Source of the DNA: an uncultured Lachnospiraceae bacterium
GTDB taxonomy: Bacteria > Bacillota > Clostridia > Lachnospirales > Lachnospiraceae
Direction of reading: 5' to 3'
Assembly: GCA_902788645.1 (NCBI GenBank)
Contig: CADAKW010000001.1
Coordinates: forward strand, 20,791-84,790
Length of the DNA: 64,000 bases
Shown piece by piece: positions 11,672 through 21,703 of the stretch. A program made the position numbers and the translations under genes. How positions within the stretch are numbered: the stretch's first letter is position 1; each line of letters starts with the position of its first letter. A model generated the notes under the pieces. It saw only the letters and a list, made by a program, of their open reading frames with translations, made no database searches and was not told the origin of the DNA.

Positions 11672-13045
11672 ATGGCAAAAGCAAAAAGTAAGACTACATT
11701 TTTCTGTAAAGAATGTGGATATGAGTCATCAAAATGGCAGGGACAATGTCCGGGCTGTAAAGCATGGGACAGCTTTGTGGAGGAACCCGTTGTGCGGACC
11801 TCCACGGGAAAGGCTGTGGCACGAAAGGAGATTCGGGAACCATCGAGATTATCGGAGGTACAGTTTTCGGAAGAAACACGGATCGTCAGTGGCATTGAGG
11901 AGCTGGATCGTGTGCTGGGCGGTGGTATTGTTGTGGGTTCTCTGGTATTAGTGGGAGGAGATCCTGGTATCGGAAAGTCCACTCTGCTGTTGCAGATGTG
12001 TCAGAGGCTGGTACAGCAGAGCCGCAAGGTCCTTTATGTATCCGGAGAGGAGTCTGAGAAGCAGATCAAGATGAGAGCAGAGCGTCTGGGAGTATTTCAG
12101 TCGGATCTGCTGGTCATGAGTGAAACGGATCTTGATATTGTTGCAGAGACGATTACCAGAACGGTGCCGGATGTTGTGATCATTGATTCTATACAGACAA
12201 TGTACCGGGAAGAGATTGGATCTGCACCGGGCAGCGTGGGGCAGGTTCGTGAGACCACAAGTACGTTGCTGCGTCTGGCAAAGGGCATGTCTATTTCTAT
12301 CTTTATTGTAGGGCATGTCACTAAGGAGGGCGTTGTAGCGGGACCCAGAGTTCTGGAACATATGGTGGATACGGTTCTTTACTTTGAGGGAGATGGAGGA
12401 GCCTCGTACCGCTTTCTGAGAGGAGTTAAAAATCGTTTTGGTTCCACCAATGAGGTCGGCGTTTTTGAAATGCGTGGTTCCGGTCTGGTGGAGGTATCCA
12501 ATCCATCAGAGTTTATGCTGCAGGGCAAGCCGGAGGATGCACCGGGCTCTGTGGTAGCCTGTTCTATGGAAGGGACGAGACCGATCCTTGTAGAGGTACA
12601 GGGACTGGTATGCCAGACCAATTTTAATTATCCCAAAAGGACGGCGGCCGGGATTGATTTTAACAGGGTCAATCTGCTGCTTGCCGTGTTGGAAAAGCGT
12701 CTCGGTGTCCGGATGAATGACATGGATGCCTATATCAACGTAGCGGGAGGCATGCGTCTCAATGAGCCTGCTGTGGATATGGGGATTGTGTTAGCAATCT
12801 TGTCCAGCTACCGCAATCAGGTGATTGACGGGAAGACGATCTGTTTTGGTGAGATCGGTCTGGTGGGTGAGGTCCGTGCGGTCAGTATGGCAGAGGCCAG
12901 AGTACAGGAGGCAGCAAAGCTGGGCTTTGAAAGGTGTATTTTGCCGGAGGTCAACCGGTGTCAGCTGGATCTGGAACAGCTGGATCTGAAAGGATTAAAG
13001 CTGGTGGGGATTTCCAATGTGTATGAGCTTTTGGAGATTTTATAA
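11672..13045 (+). CDS. radA: DNA repair protein RadA/Sms
   Basis: N-terminal CxxC...CxxC, GGDPGIGKSTLL, KNRFG motif, Lon-like C-terminus. Confidence 0.98.
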   Translation: MAKAKSKTTFFCKECGYESSKWQGQCPGCKAWDSFVEEPVVRTSTGKAVARKEIREPSRLSEVQFSEETRIVSGIEELDRVLGGGIVVGSLVLVGGDPGIGKSTLLLQMCQRLVQQSRKVLYVSGEESEKQIKMRAERLGVFQSDLLVMSETDLDIVAETITRTVPDVVIIDSIQTMYREEIGSAPGSVGQVRETTSTLLRLAKGMSISIFIVGHVTKEGVVAGPRVLEHMVDTVLYFEGDGGASYRFLRGVKNRFGSTNEVGVFEMRGSGLVEVSNPSEFMLQGKPEDAPGSVVACSMEGTRPILVEVQGLVCQTNFNYPKRTAAGIDFNRVNLLLAVLEKRLGVRMNDMDAYINVAGGMRLNEPAVDMGIVLAILSSYRNQVIDGKTICFGEIGLVGEVRAVSMAEARVQEAAKLGFERCILPEVNRCQLDLEQLDLKGLKLVGISNVYELLEIL

Positions 13046-13111
13046 CCACGGACAAAGGTGGTATGTATAATATCAACTGCCGCTCTGCCGGGTGGTGAAA
13101 TGAGGAGAAGA

Positions 13112-13468
13112 ATGGAAAATATGGAATGGAAAGAAACAGAAAATACAACACAATGCGTCGTGGAACGAATGGAAACCTCCATGAGTTCCATGGAACAGAT
13201 GTCCTTTGATGCAATCAATATTACGGATTCTCTGGTGACACTGACCAGCAAGGCGAGGGAATACGCCTCTCTGATGAAAAACGGCGATGCCAGGGAGAGA
13301 GAGGATTCCTTTGATGAGATTGAAAAGATTTTGGATAAAGTGTTGGAAACAGCATTTCAGGTCAATAATGTTTCTCATGAGCTGGAGCAGGAAGTGATCT
13401 ACCAGAGAGATACCACGGCCAATATACGCCAGATCATTGATTTTTTGTATAGCATGGCAGATGTATAA
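13112..13468 (+). CDS. Hypothetical helical/coiled-coil protein
   Basis: GAGGAG RBS before ATG 13112; amphipathic helical sequence, no TM segment. Confidence 0.65.
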   Translation: MENMEWKETENTTQCVVERMETSMSSMEQMSFDAINITDSLVTLTSKAREYASLMKNGDAREREDSFDEIEKILDKVLETAFQVNNVSHELEQEVIYQRDTTANIRQIIDFLYSMADV

Positions 13469-13470
13469 TA

Positions 13471-13499
13471 AAAGCTGATCCCGTTAACGGATCAGCTTT
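13471..13499. terminator. Bidirectional intrinsic terminator
   Basis: AAAGCTGATCC-cgttaac-GGATCAGCTTT stem between convergent genes. Confidence 0.8.
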
Positions 13500-13735
13500 A
13501 AATTTTCTATGGTCCAGCTTTCGTTTTCCATATGGTAATCTGTCCCACAATATGGACAGATGTGCTGGCGGACCGCATCAAAGCTTCCGCCACAACTTGG
13601 ACAATGAGCAGATGTAATAGAAAAACCAGGCATTTCCGGATGACTCATATCACGACGTAAGGTGACGTCAATGCAGTCTCCGGTTTTTTTGATGCTGCCA
13701 TTTGTTTCACTGTAATTTAGCCAATTTCTGCCTGA
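13484..13735 (-). pseudogene. Double zinc-ribbon protein fragment (or 54-aa small protein from ATG 13648); not in the ORF track
   Basis: Manual translation: ...DCIDVTLRRDMSHPEMPGFSITSAHCPSCGGSFDAVRQHICPYCGTDYHMENESWTIENLKLIR*. Confidence 0.7.
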
Positions 13736-13743
13736 TTACAGGT

Positions 13744-14910
13744 TTATTTATTTGTAGTTTCGTTTTTACTTCTGCGGGGTGGCTTCGGTCCCATATACTG
13801 ATAAAAATATGTTTTCATCATACCATTATAGATCTTGCGGTTTTTGTCTGCCTTGCGTCCAAGATAACGCTCTGCCTGATCAAATGCCGTGATCAGGTAG
13901 AAGGACCAGCTGTCCAGATGGGAAAATGCCTCGCCTATTTCCCGGTAAAGTGCCGGCATATCTTCCTCCTCCTCAAGACGTTTGCCGTAAGGAGGATTTG
14001 TAATGACAAAACCGTATTTTTTGCGGTGGCTGAGCTGTGATACCGGTCTTTGCTGAAAGTGGATCAGATGATCGACCTCGGCAAGTCTTGCATTTTCCAT
14101 GGCAGCCTTGATGGCTCCGGGATCGATGTCGTAGCCCTGGATATCCATTTCAATATCCCGGCGGATCTGATCCTCTGCCTCATTTGCAGCGTCATACCAT
14201 GCCTTTTTGGGGATCAGATGGGTCCAGTCCTCTGCTGAAAAGGAACGATTCATACCGGGAGCAATATTGGCTCCGATCATGGCAGCCTCGATCGGGAAGG
14301 TACCGCTTCCGCAGAAAGGATCCACCAGAATACGGTTCCATTTCCAAGGGGTCAGCATGATCAGGGCTGCCGCAAGAGTTTCGGTGATCGGTGCTTTTAC
14401 CGTGGCCTGACGGTATCCCCGCTTGTGCAGGGAGTCTCCGGAAGTGTCCAGTCCCACCGTTACCACATCCTTCATGATGGTGACGCGGAGAGGAAAGCTG
14501 GCACCATCCTCAGGAAACCAGTTGACGTTATATTTCTTTTTCAGGCGGTCCACCATAGCCTTTTTCATGATGGACTGGATATCTGACGGGCTAAAAAGCT
14601 TACTTTTGATAGAGGTTGCCTTTGCTACCCAGAATTTACCATCCTCCGGAATAAACTGCTCCCATGGGAGTGCTTTCGTTCCCTCAAAAAGCTCATCGAA
14701 GGTTGTTGCCTTAAAGCTTCCGATCTTGATCAGGATACGCTCTGTGGTGCGCAGAAAAATATTGGCACGGACAATGGCAGCTTCGTCCCCGGCGAAGGTC
14801 ACCTTTCCGTCTTCAACTTTCAGAATATCATATCCGAGTTTCTGTATTTCACGTTTTAATACCGCCTCCAGTCCAAAATGACATGGGGCGATCAGTTCAT
14901 AATCAGCCAT
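13744..14910 (-). CDS. THUMP-domain rRNA methyltransferase (RlmL/YpsC-like)
   Basis: FGLEAVLKREI, SLHKRGYR, APITETLAA, DPFCGSGT, NPPYG. Confidence 0.93.
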   Translation of the reverse strand: MADYELIAPCHFGLEAVLKREIQKLGYDILKVEDGKVTFAGDEAAIVRANIFLRTTERILIKIGSFKATTFDELFEGTKALPWEQFIPEDGKFWVAKATSIKSKLFSPSDIQSIMKKAMVDRLKKKYNVNWFPEDGASFPLRVTIMKDVVTVGLDTSGDSLHKRGYRQATVKAPITETLAAALIMLTPWKWNRILVDPFCGSGTFPIEAAMIGANIAPGMNRSFSAEDWTHLIPKKAWYDAANEAEDQIRRDIEMDIQGYDIDPGAIKAAMENARLAEVDHLIHFQQRPVSQLSHRKKYGFVITNPPYGKRLEEEEDMPALYREIGEAFSHLDSWSFYLITAFDQAERYLGRKADKNRKIYNGMMKTYFYQYMGPKPPRRSKNETTNK

Positions 14911-15049
14911 AATAATCTCCTTTTCTGAGTAGATACTGGATTTCGGTGATATCTTATCATATAATGGGGGTTAGTACAATGATTTTCAGGCAATAAAGAT
15001 TGAAAATATACTACAGCAGTAGAAAAAGTAACAGAAAAGAGGTTGCGGG

Positions 15050-15715
15050 ATGCATATTTTTGTGGCAGAGGATGAGAAAACAATTCGCAGAGAATTGACT
15101 ATATTATTGGAAAATGCAATGTATCAGGTCACAGCTCCGGAGAATTTTGAAAATATACCGGATCAGATCACAGAGGCATCACCGGATCTGATCCTGCTGG
15201 ATGTGAACCTTCCGGGAATGTCCGGGTTTGATATCTGCACCTCGCTCCGGCAAAGGGAAAATACCTGTCCGGTAATCTTTTTGACCAGCAGGACTGATTC
15301 CCTGGATGAATTAAACGGGATGCTCCGGGGCGGCGATGATTATATTACAAAGCCGTATCAGGCACCGATCCTTCTGGCAAGGATTGCAGCGGTATTAAAG
15401 AGGACCCGGGGCAATACAGAAAAGACAAGCTATTCTTATGAAAATGTGCGGCTGGATCTCTTGAAATGTACGATCTCCTGTGATGAGAAGGAAATGGAAC
15501 TGACCAAAAATGAAATGAAGATATTACACATTCTTTTTATGCATGCCGGAAACTACGTGGCAAGACAGAATCTGATCGAATATTTATGGGATAATCAGAT
15601 TTTTATTGACGATAATACCCTCAGTGTCCATGTGACCCGGATACGGGAAAAGCTTCGGGAGCTTGGGCGGGACGACTTTATACAGACGAAACGGGGAATG
15701 GGGTATCGTATATGA
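15050..15715 (+). CDS. OmpR-family response regulator (BceR/GraR-like)
   Basis: DLILLDVNLPG, GGDDYITKPY, FIDDNTLSVHVTRIREKL, TKRGMGY. Confidence 0.93.
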   Translation: MHIFVAEDEKTIRRELTILLENAMYQVTAPENFENIPDQITEASPDLILLDVNLPGMSGFDICTSLRQRENTCPVIFLTSRTDSLDELNGMLRGGDDYITKPYQAPILLARIAAVLKRTRGNTEKTSYSYENVRLDLLKCTISCDEKEMELTKNEMKILHILFMHAGNYVARQNLIEYLWDNQIFIDDNTLSVHVTRIREKLRELGRDDFIQTKRGMGYRI

Positions 15716-16743
15716 GATGGAGAGATTATTGGAAGGATAAGGCACTTTTCCTGATCTTTATGGGCTGTTGTATGGTGGTCACCGGTATTTTTCTGAGGCT
15801 TACCGGGTATGCAAAGGGCAATGTGATATTGCTCATGTTGTTCTGGACATTTTTTTTGCTGCTTTGGATGTGCCGGGAATATATGGAGCGCAGGAAATAT
15901 TTCGATAAGACAGCCGAAATATTGGAGAAAATGGACCAGAGGTATCTGCTGGGAGAGCTGATGCCGCCGTCATGGCGTCTGGAGGACCGGATCTATCAGG
16001 ATATGATCCGCCGATCCAACAAATCCGTCATTGAGAAAATAAGAAAGCTGGAGGCGGAACAACAGGAATACAAAGAATATATAGAAAGCTGGGTACATGA
16101 GATCAAAGCCCCCATTACAGGGATCAGTCTGCTCTGTGAAAATGGCAGAAAAGAGGACACAGGTACCCCGGAGAGATTCCGGCAGATCAGCATGGAGAAT
16201 GCAAGGCTTGAAAATTATGTTGATATGGTTCTTTATTATGCGAGGTCGGAGCAGGTCTATAAGGATTATTTGATTCAAAGCTGCCATTTGCAGGAGACGG
16301 TGTATGATGTTTTAGAGCGGAACCGTTTTCTGTTGATCCAAAATGGGATCCGGGCAGAGGTGAATTGTGACGAAGCTGTTTTTACCGACAAAAAATGGCT
16401 GGGTTTTATAGTCAATCAGATAATATTAAACAGTGTCAAATATAAAAGGGAGGGTTCTCCCTGCATTTCCTTTTTGACGAAAAAGACAACAGATCATACC
16501 TGCCTGATCATTGAGGATAACGGGATTGGCATACAGGAAAAAGATCTTCCACGCATTTTTGAAAAGGGATTTACCGGGGAAAATGGAAGGAACCAAAAGA
16601 AATCCACGGGCATTGGACTGTATCTTTGCAAAAAGCTTTGTGATCAGCTTGGTCTGGAAATAGAAGCACAGTCAGAGGCGGACAGCTATACCAGAATCAT
16701 TTTAAAATTTCCACAAAATACTTATATTTCAGAGGTACGTTAA
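15712..16743 (+). CDS. Intramembrane-sensing histidine kinase (BceS/GraS-like)
   Basis: Two close N-terminal TMs, WVHEIKAP H-box, FEKGFTGENG and STGIGLYL G-boxes. Confidence 0.92.
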   Translation: MRWRDYWKDKALFLIFMGCCMVVTGIFLRLTGYAKGNVILLMLFWTFFLLLWMCREYMERRKYFDKTAEILEKMDQRYLLGELMPPSWRLEDRIYQDMIRRSNKSVIEKIRKLEAEQQEYKEYIESWVHEIKAPITGISLLCENGRKEDTGTPERFRQISMENARLENYVDMVLYYARSEQVYKDYLIQSCHLQETVYDVLERNRFLLIQNGIRAEVNCDEAVFTDKKWLGFIVNQIILNSVKYKREGSPCISFLTKKTTDHTCLIIEDNGIGIQEKDLPRIFEKGFTGENGRNQKKSTGIGLYLCKKLCDQLGLEIEAQSEADSYTRIILKFPQNTYISEVR

Positions 16744-16747
16744 AGTT

Positions 16748-16783
16748 TTAAAGAAATCTTTCGAAATCGTAAGATTTCTTTAA
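16748..16783 (+). promoter_or_regulatory. Inverted repeat resembling a BceR-type binding site
   Basis: Perfect 13-bp IR TTAAAGAAATCTT-N10-AAGATTTCTTTAA; core CTTTCG-aaat-CGTAAG resembles CTTACA-N4-TGTAAG. Confidence 0.6.
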
Positions 16784-16867
16784 GCTTTTTTTATATGAAC
16801 ACCGGCGGGAATGAAGTATACTTCTGGAAAGAAAAGAGATACAATTGGAAAGGCAGGTTGATAAAAC

Positions 16868-17581
16868 GTGGAAGGAAAAAATAGTTTCATAAGTAATTTT
16901 CTTATTCCTGTAGGGTATGCTGTTCTGGTTTATGCAATATGGGAAGGAATTGGATTTTTTGCATCCTTTGTGATTGGAAAGATCACAGGAAACTGGGGGG
17001 AAGCTTTCAATAATACATACGTTGTTATGCTGTTACAGGAAATCTCGGTATTTCTTATCATGTATGTATTATTTCACAAAAAAGTGGAATTTGTGAGGAG
17101 CGGCAAAAGCGTCGTTTCTCCGCTGTCAACATTTGTTATGCTTATCTTTCCGCTGATTCAGATCGGCGATGATCTGATGACAGTTTTGCATGGAAAAAGA
17201 ATATTTTCTCTATTCTCCGGGAAAGGGATCCGCTTTTTTGTGATCTGTTGTATCGCGTGTTTAAGCGTCGGACTGCTGGAGGAATTTGTCTGGAGAGGAA
17301 TCATCTTAAATGGATTTTTATCGGCCTGGAAAGACAAGAGAAAAGGAATTTATTTTGCGGTATTGATATCTTCCCTTTGCTTTGGCCTTTGTCATTATAT
17401 GAATCTGCTGGCAGGACAGGATTTTTTGAGTACCACAAAACAGGTGATTTCCGCAGTGTGTATGGGCGTGTTTTTATCAGCGCTTTATTTGCAGACAAAC
17501 CACTTGGTATTTCCGATTCTGGTACATGGATTGTGCAATTTTTCGAACTTCTTCATGAATGAAATCCTTGGGTGTCATTAG
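16868..17581 (+). CDS. CPBP (CAAX/Abi) family intramembrane metalloprotease
   Basis: EEFVWRG, FGLCH, HGLCN motifs; multiple TMs; AT-rich. Confidence 0.9.
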   Translation: MEGKNSFISNFLIPVGYAVLVYAIWEGIGFFASFVIGKITGNWGEAFNNTYVVMLLQEISVFLIMYVLFHKKVEFVRSGKSVVSPLSTFVMLIFPLIQIGDDLMTVLHGKRIFSLFSGKGIRFFVICCIACLSVGLLEEFVWRGIILNGFLSAWKDKRKGIYFAVLISSLCFGLCHYMNLLAGQDFLSTTKQVISAVCMGVFLSALYLQTNHLVFPILVHGLCNFSNFFMNEILGCH

Positions 17582-17707
17582 CTCACGGTTGTTCAAATAA
17601 TCTAAGGCAAAAATCATATTTACACTCCAGACATAAGAAATATTATGGGCAAAGCAAAATATTACATGCGCGAAGCTTGAGTTATATAAAAAATCAACAG
17701 GAAAAGG

Positions 17708-18502
17708 ATGGTGAGACATTTGAAGGATTGTATCAGAGTATGTGATGTGGAAAAATATTACGGTAATGGACAGAATATTACAAAGGCCGTGGACAGGGTA
17801 AGCTTTCAGGTGGAAAAGGGAGAATTTGTGGGCATTATGGGAGCGTCCGGTTCCGGAAAGACCACCTTATTAAATATGATGGCAGCGATCGATCATGTGA
17901 CATCGGGACATATTTATTATGATGATCTGGACATTACAGAAATGTCTGCAGATCAGTTGTCGGAATTTCGCAAGGAAAACCTCGGCTTTGTTTTTCAGGA
18001 GTACAATTTATTGGATACACTGACATTGGAGGAAAATATTATCCTTGCTTTGACGGTACAGGGAAAAAGGAGAAAAGAGATTCAAAAAATCTGTCAGGAT
18101 ATGATGGAACTTCTGGAGATCGAGGATGTAAAGGATCAATTTCCGTATGAGGTATCCGGCGGTCAGAAGCAAAGATGTGCCTGTGCCAGAGCTATGGCAA
18201 ATGACCCCTCTCTTCTTCTCGCCGATGAGCCTACCGGAGCGTTGGATTCCCATGCTTCCAAGGTACTTTTAGAGACCTTTTGCCGTTTAAATGAAATGCA
18301 GAGGGCAACGATCCTGATGGTAACTCACGATGCATTTTCTGCAAGCTATTGCAGCAGGATACTTTTCTTGCGGGATGGGAAGATTTTTCATGAGCTGATC
18401 CGCGGAGAAAGGGATCGCAGAGCATTTCTTCAGGAGATTCTGGATGTATTGTCGTTGATGGGAGGTGAATCGTCTCATGATACGAAGACTGGCTTATCGT
18501 AA
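17708..18502 (+). CDS. ABC transporter ATP-binding protein (BceA-like)
   Basis: GASGSGKTT, VSGGQKQR, LLADEPTGALD, MVTHDAFSASYC. Confidence 0.95.
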   Translation: MVRHLKDCIRVCDVEKYYGNGQNITKAVDRVSFQVEKGEFVGIMGASGSGKTTLLNMMAAIDHVTSGHIYYDDLDITEMSADQLSEFRKENLGFVFQEYNLLDTLTLEENIILALTVQGKRRKEIQKICQDMMELLEIEDVKDQFPYEVSGGQKQRCACARAMANDPSLLLADEPTGALDSHASKVLLETFCRLNEMQRATILMVTHDAFSASYCSRILFLRDGKIFHELIRGERDRRAFLQEILDVLSLMGGESSHDTKTGLS

Positions 18503-20558
18503 TATGAAGCGTTTTGCCGGGGATTATCAGATCTATATGATCACGCTGGTGGTTGTGGCAGCGCTTCTGTATGCATTTGACAGTCTATTCTGGGATAAGG
18601 AACTGGGAAGGTTCGACCAGATGAATCAGATGATGATGATTATGGTGGGGCTTGCTACAGGCTTTGTTGTGATCATTACGGCGTGGTTGATTTACTATAT
18701 TATTCATTTAATGATGGAAAGACGCAGCAGGGAGTTTGGAATTTATCTGCTGTTAGGAATGAAAAAAGGACAGGTTGCCCGTGTTTATATCCGGGAGAAT
18801 CTGATGTTGGGAGGTATCGCATTTCTTGTGGGATCTGTCCTGGGGGTGTTTTCTCAGCAGATCTTATGTTCTGTGATTGATTCTATAATGCGAATTCCCT
18901 ATTCCTTCCGGCTTTCGTGGGATTATCGTACATGGCTTATGACCTTTGGGTGTTATGCGGGCTGTTATCTGCTGGCATTTTTCCGATGCGGTTTTTCTTT
19001 CCGCAAAATGAACATTAATGAGCTGATGAAACAGGACCGGAAAAATGAGGAGATCGTGGAAAAGCATGAAGAATGGAAACGGATCTTACTTCCCCTGGCA
19101 GTGATATTTCTGATACTGTTCTGGGGGATGTTTACTCATTTGAATTCGACGGGGGAGATCATATTGTTTCTGATCGGTCTGGTTCTGACAATCTATCTGT
19201 TTTATACAGGAGTGTCCGCCTGGATCATCTGCTATGTGAGAAGGAAGGGAAAGGGAATTTATCAGGGACAGCGATTATTTTTGCTGCGCCAGTTTGCATC
19301 AAAGATCAGGACTATGCAGTTTACTCTTGGAACCCTGACTTCGTTATTTACTCTGGCACTTCTGGGGGCGAGTGTGGCATTTATGTTCTGCGATTTTGAA
19401 AATACGGCATTAAAGGCGAAGTTTCCGTTTGATGTGCTGATCTACAGTGATCAGGTTCAGGATGATTTTCAGGATGAAAAGGAGGTACTGCAGCAGGAAG
19501 CGGATGTAAAAGAAATGCTCCGGTATCGTATATATACGGATCAGAAGGATCAGGTAAATACCTGGATGCTGACCCATCTGGAGCAGTATGGCACCATGTA
19601 TCAGAATAAAAATGGGAAACCTGACCGGAAACGGGTTACAAAAATGTTAGAAAATGATGGAACCTATTGCCGGTATGATACTTATATGGGGAAGACTGAT
19701 TATAACCGTCTAAGGAAAATGCTGGGATATGAGCCGGTACATTTTGAACCTGACCAATATATCGTACAGACCAAGAAACGCTTACAAAAGGACGTTGCTT
19801 CTATTGGAAAAGGTATTCATTTAACAGCGGCAGATGAAAAAACAGAGCTGACCTTTGCGGGAGTTCAGGCAGAGCCTTTCTCGCAGGATGGTCATAACGG
19901 AGGAGATTATATCGTCGTGGTGGGAGATAAGGTGCTTCAGAGAATGAAGCCGTATTATTCTGAGCTTGCGGTGGATCTGAAGGGAGAGACGCCACAAGGG
20001 CTGGAGCAGAAGCTGGATGCCCTGGCAGATCCCGATGACCGTGATTTTTCCGGACATACCGTATCATCCTTATCCGGAAATAGCTGCAGCGGTTCCGATA
20101 CGGTACTGGTTTATACTGCTACCAATCTGGTACGGGATAATCTGATACCGGAGTTAAAGATGCTTCTTGCGTCTATGATCGTTCCGTTGTTTTATATGGG
20201 TCTTGTCTTTGTCTGTGTGGCATTAACGGTATTGTCCGTGCAGCAGCTTAGTGATTCGTCGAAATATAAATTCCGGTATGATGTGTTGGAAAAAATCGGT
20301 CTGTCCCAAAAACAGGTCAAATCACTCCTGCTGCGGCAGATGGCAGGTTACTATTTGTGTCCTGCACTGTTGGCATTGGTGATCAGTGGAAAAATGGTTT
20401 TGTATATCAGCGCAAATTTTGTCCGGAGGACAGGCGTGTCAAGCCGTGTGTATACCTATTTTGTAGAGGGAACCCTGTTGTTTATGGGAATCTATTTGGT
20501 TTATTTTGCGGTGACATTTCTCTGTTTCCAGAGATCAATATTTTTAAAAGAACGGTGA
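18477..20558 (+). CDS. FtsX-like ABC permease (BceB-like)
   Basis: RRSREFGIYLLLGM, about 10 TMs with a large extracellular loop; GGAGGTGA RBS before ATG 18477. Confidence 0.9.
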   Translation: MIRRLAYRNMKRFAGDYQIYMITLVVVAALLYAFDSLFWDKELGRFDQMNQMMMIMVGLATGFVVIITAWLIYYIIHLMMERRSREFGIYLLLGMKKGQVARVYIRENLMLGGIAFLVGSVLGVFSQQILCSVIDSIMRIPYSFRLSWDYRTWLMTFGCYAGCYLLAFFRCGFSFRKMNINELMKQDRKNEEIVEKHEEWKRILLPLAVIFLILFWGMFTHLNSTGEIILFLIGLVLTIYLFYTGVSAWIICYVRRKGKGIYQGQRLFLLRQFASKIRTMQFTLGTLTSLFTLALLGASVAFMFCDFENTALKAKFPFDVLIYSDQVQDDFQDEKEVLQQEADVKEMLRYRIYTDQKDQVNTWMLTHLEQYGTMYQNKNGKPDRKRVTKMLENDGTYCRYDTYMGKTDYNRLRKMLGYEPVHFEPDQYIVQTKKRLQKDVASIGKGIHLTAADEKTELTFAGVQAEPFSQDGHNGGDYIVVVGDKVLQRMKPYYSELAVDLKGETPQGLEQKLDALADPDDRDFSGHTVSSLSGNSCSGSDTVLVYTATNLVRDNLIPELKMLLASMIVPLFYMGLVFVCVALTVLSVQQLSDSSKYKFRYDVLEKIGLSQKQVKSLLLRQMAGYYLCPALLALVISGKMVLYISANFVRRTGVSSRVYTYFVEGTLLFMGIYLVYFAVTFLCFQRSIFLKER

Positions 20559-20562
20559 GCAG

Positions 20563-21621
20563 TCAGGCCTTAACCGCCCAGCGCATTTTGGTGGAGCGTG
20601 CCCGTGGATTTTGTGCGCATTCCTGCGCAGAAGGGCGTACCACATCCTTGGAATATTCGCTGTAGATACCAGCCTTGTAACCGGCCTTGAGCGCTTTTTT
20701 CACCAGCTTGTCCTCTCCGGAGTGGAAGGTCAGGATGGCGGCTCTGCCGCCGGGCTTTAAGGCATCCGGCAGTTTTTCCATAAATTCATAGAGCACCTCG
20801 AATTCATTGTTGACATCGATCCGGAGTGCCTGAAAAACACGCTGGCATGTCTTTTTGACCGTGTCCTTTCGATCCTTTTCCGGAAGGAAGGATAAGGTCT
20901 CCTCGATGATCTGGCGAAGCTTTGTGGTGGTGTCCACATGATTGCCACGGCGGATATAGTCTGTGATGGCTTTGGCAATCTCATCACTGTAGGGCTCATC
21001 GGAGTTTTCATAAAACATGCCTGCCAGCTCATCCCGGCTGATGGTTTCCAGTCTCTGAGCCGCGCTGATCCCCTTTTCCTGATTGAGTCTCAGATCTAAC
21101 GGTCCGTCAATCTTGAAGGAAAAGCCACGCTTTGGATTATCGATCTGCATGGAGGATACTCCGAGATCCGCCAGCAGGAAATCAAAGCCCCCGGCCTCAC
21201 GGGCGATTTCATCAATGGTGCAGAAGTTTTGCAGCTTGATGGTCAGAATGTTCTCGCCAAAGCCGAGATCTGCCAGCCGCTTTCTGGTTTTGGCAGACTC
21301 CTCCGGGTCCACGTCTGTTGCATACATATGTCCCTGCCCATTGAGCTTTGTAAGCATGGCTCTGGTATGGCCGCCATATCCAAGAGTGGCATCAAAGCCG
21401 GTCTGACCGGGCTGTATCTGCAGAAAATCAAGGATTTCTGGCACCATAATGGAAATGTGCATCCCGGCAGGGGTATTTCCCTTGCGGATCACATGCTCGA
21501 TCGTATCCTGATATTTTTCCGGATTTAATTCTTTATATTTCTCTTCAAAGCGTTTTGGATATTTTCCTTTATAGCGGACACGGCGTTTGTGCGGTGTCTG
21601 CTGTTTATTTTCATTTTCCAT
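20563..21621 (-). CDS. rsmH: RsmH/MraW-family methyltransferase paralog
   Basis: DATLGYGGH, DLGVSSMQ, GPLDLR, FQALRIDVN, TFHSGED, NPRARS; basic N-terminal extension; not in a dcw context. Confidence 0.88.
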   Translation of the reverse strand: MENENKQQTPHKRRVRYKGKYPKRFEEKYKELNPEKYQDTIEHVIRKGNTPAGMHISIMVPEILDFLQIQPGQTGFDATLGYGGHTRAMLTKLNGQGHMYATDVDPEESAKTRKRLADLGFGENILTIKLQNFCTIDEIAREAGGFDFLLADLGVSSMQIDNPKRGFSFKIDGPLDLRLNQEKGISAAQRLETISRDELAGMFYENSDEPYSDEIAKAITDYIRRGNHVDTTTKLRQIIEETLSFLPEKDRKDTVKKTCQRVFQALRIDVNNEFEVLYEFMEKLPDALKPGGRAAILTFHSGEDKLVKKALKAGYKAGIYSEYSKDVVRPSAQECAQNPRARSTKMRWAVKA

Positions 21622-21703
21622 AGAGATCTCCATTTCTGATCATTTATCACAAAGAGGTGAAGTGAAACCACCCTCCGGAGTGCAGTATTTGACTTTTGTT
21701 GCA

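Noticed and set aside
17578-17707. Stop-codon readthrough or inversion at the CPBP 3' end
   Set aside because: The frame stays open after TAG but encodes hydrophilic sequence unlike a CPBP tail, and no flanking inverted repeats or recombinase were seen
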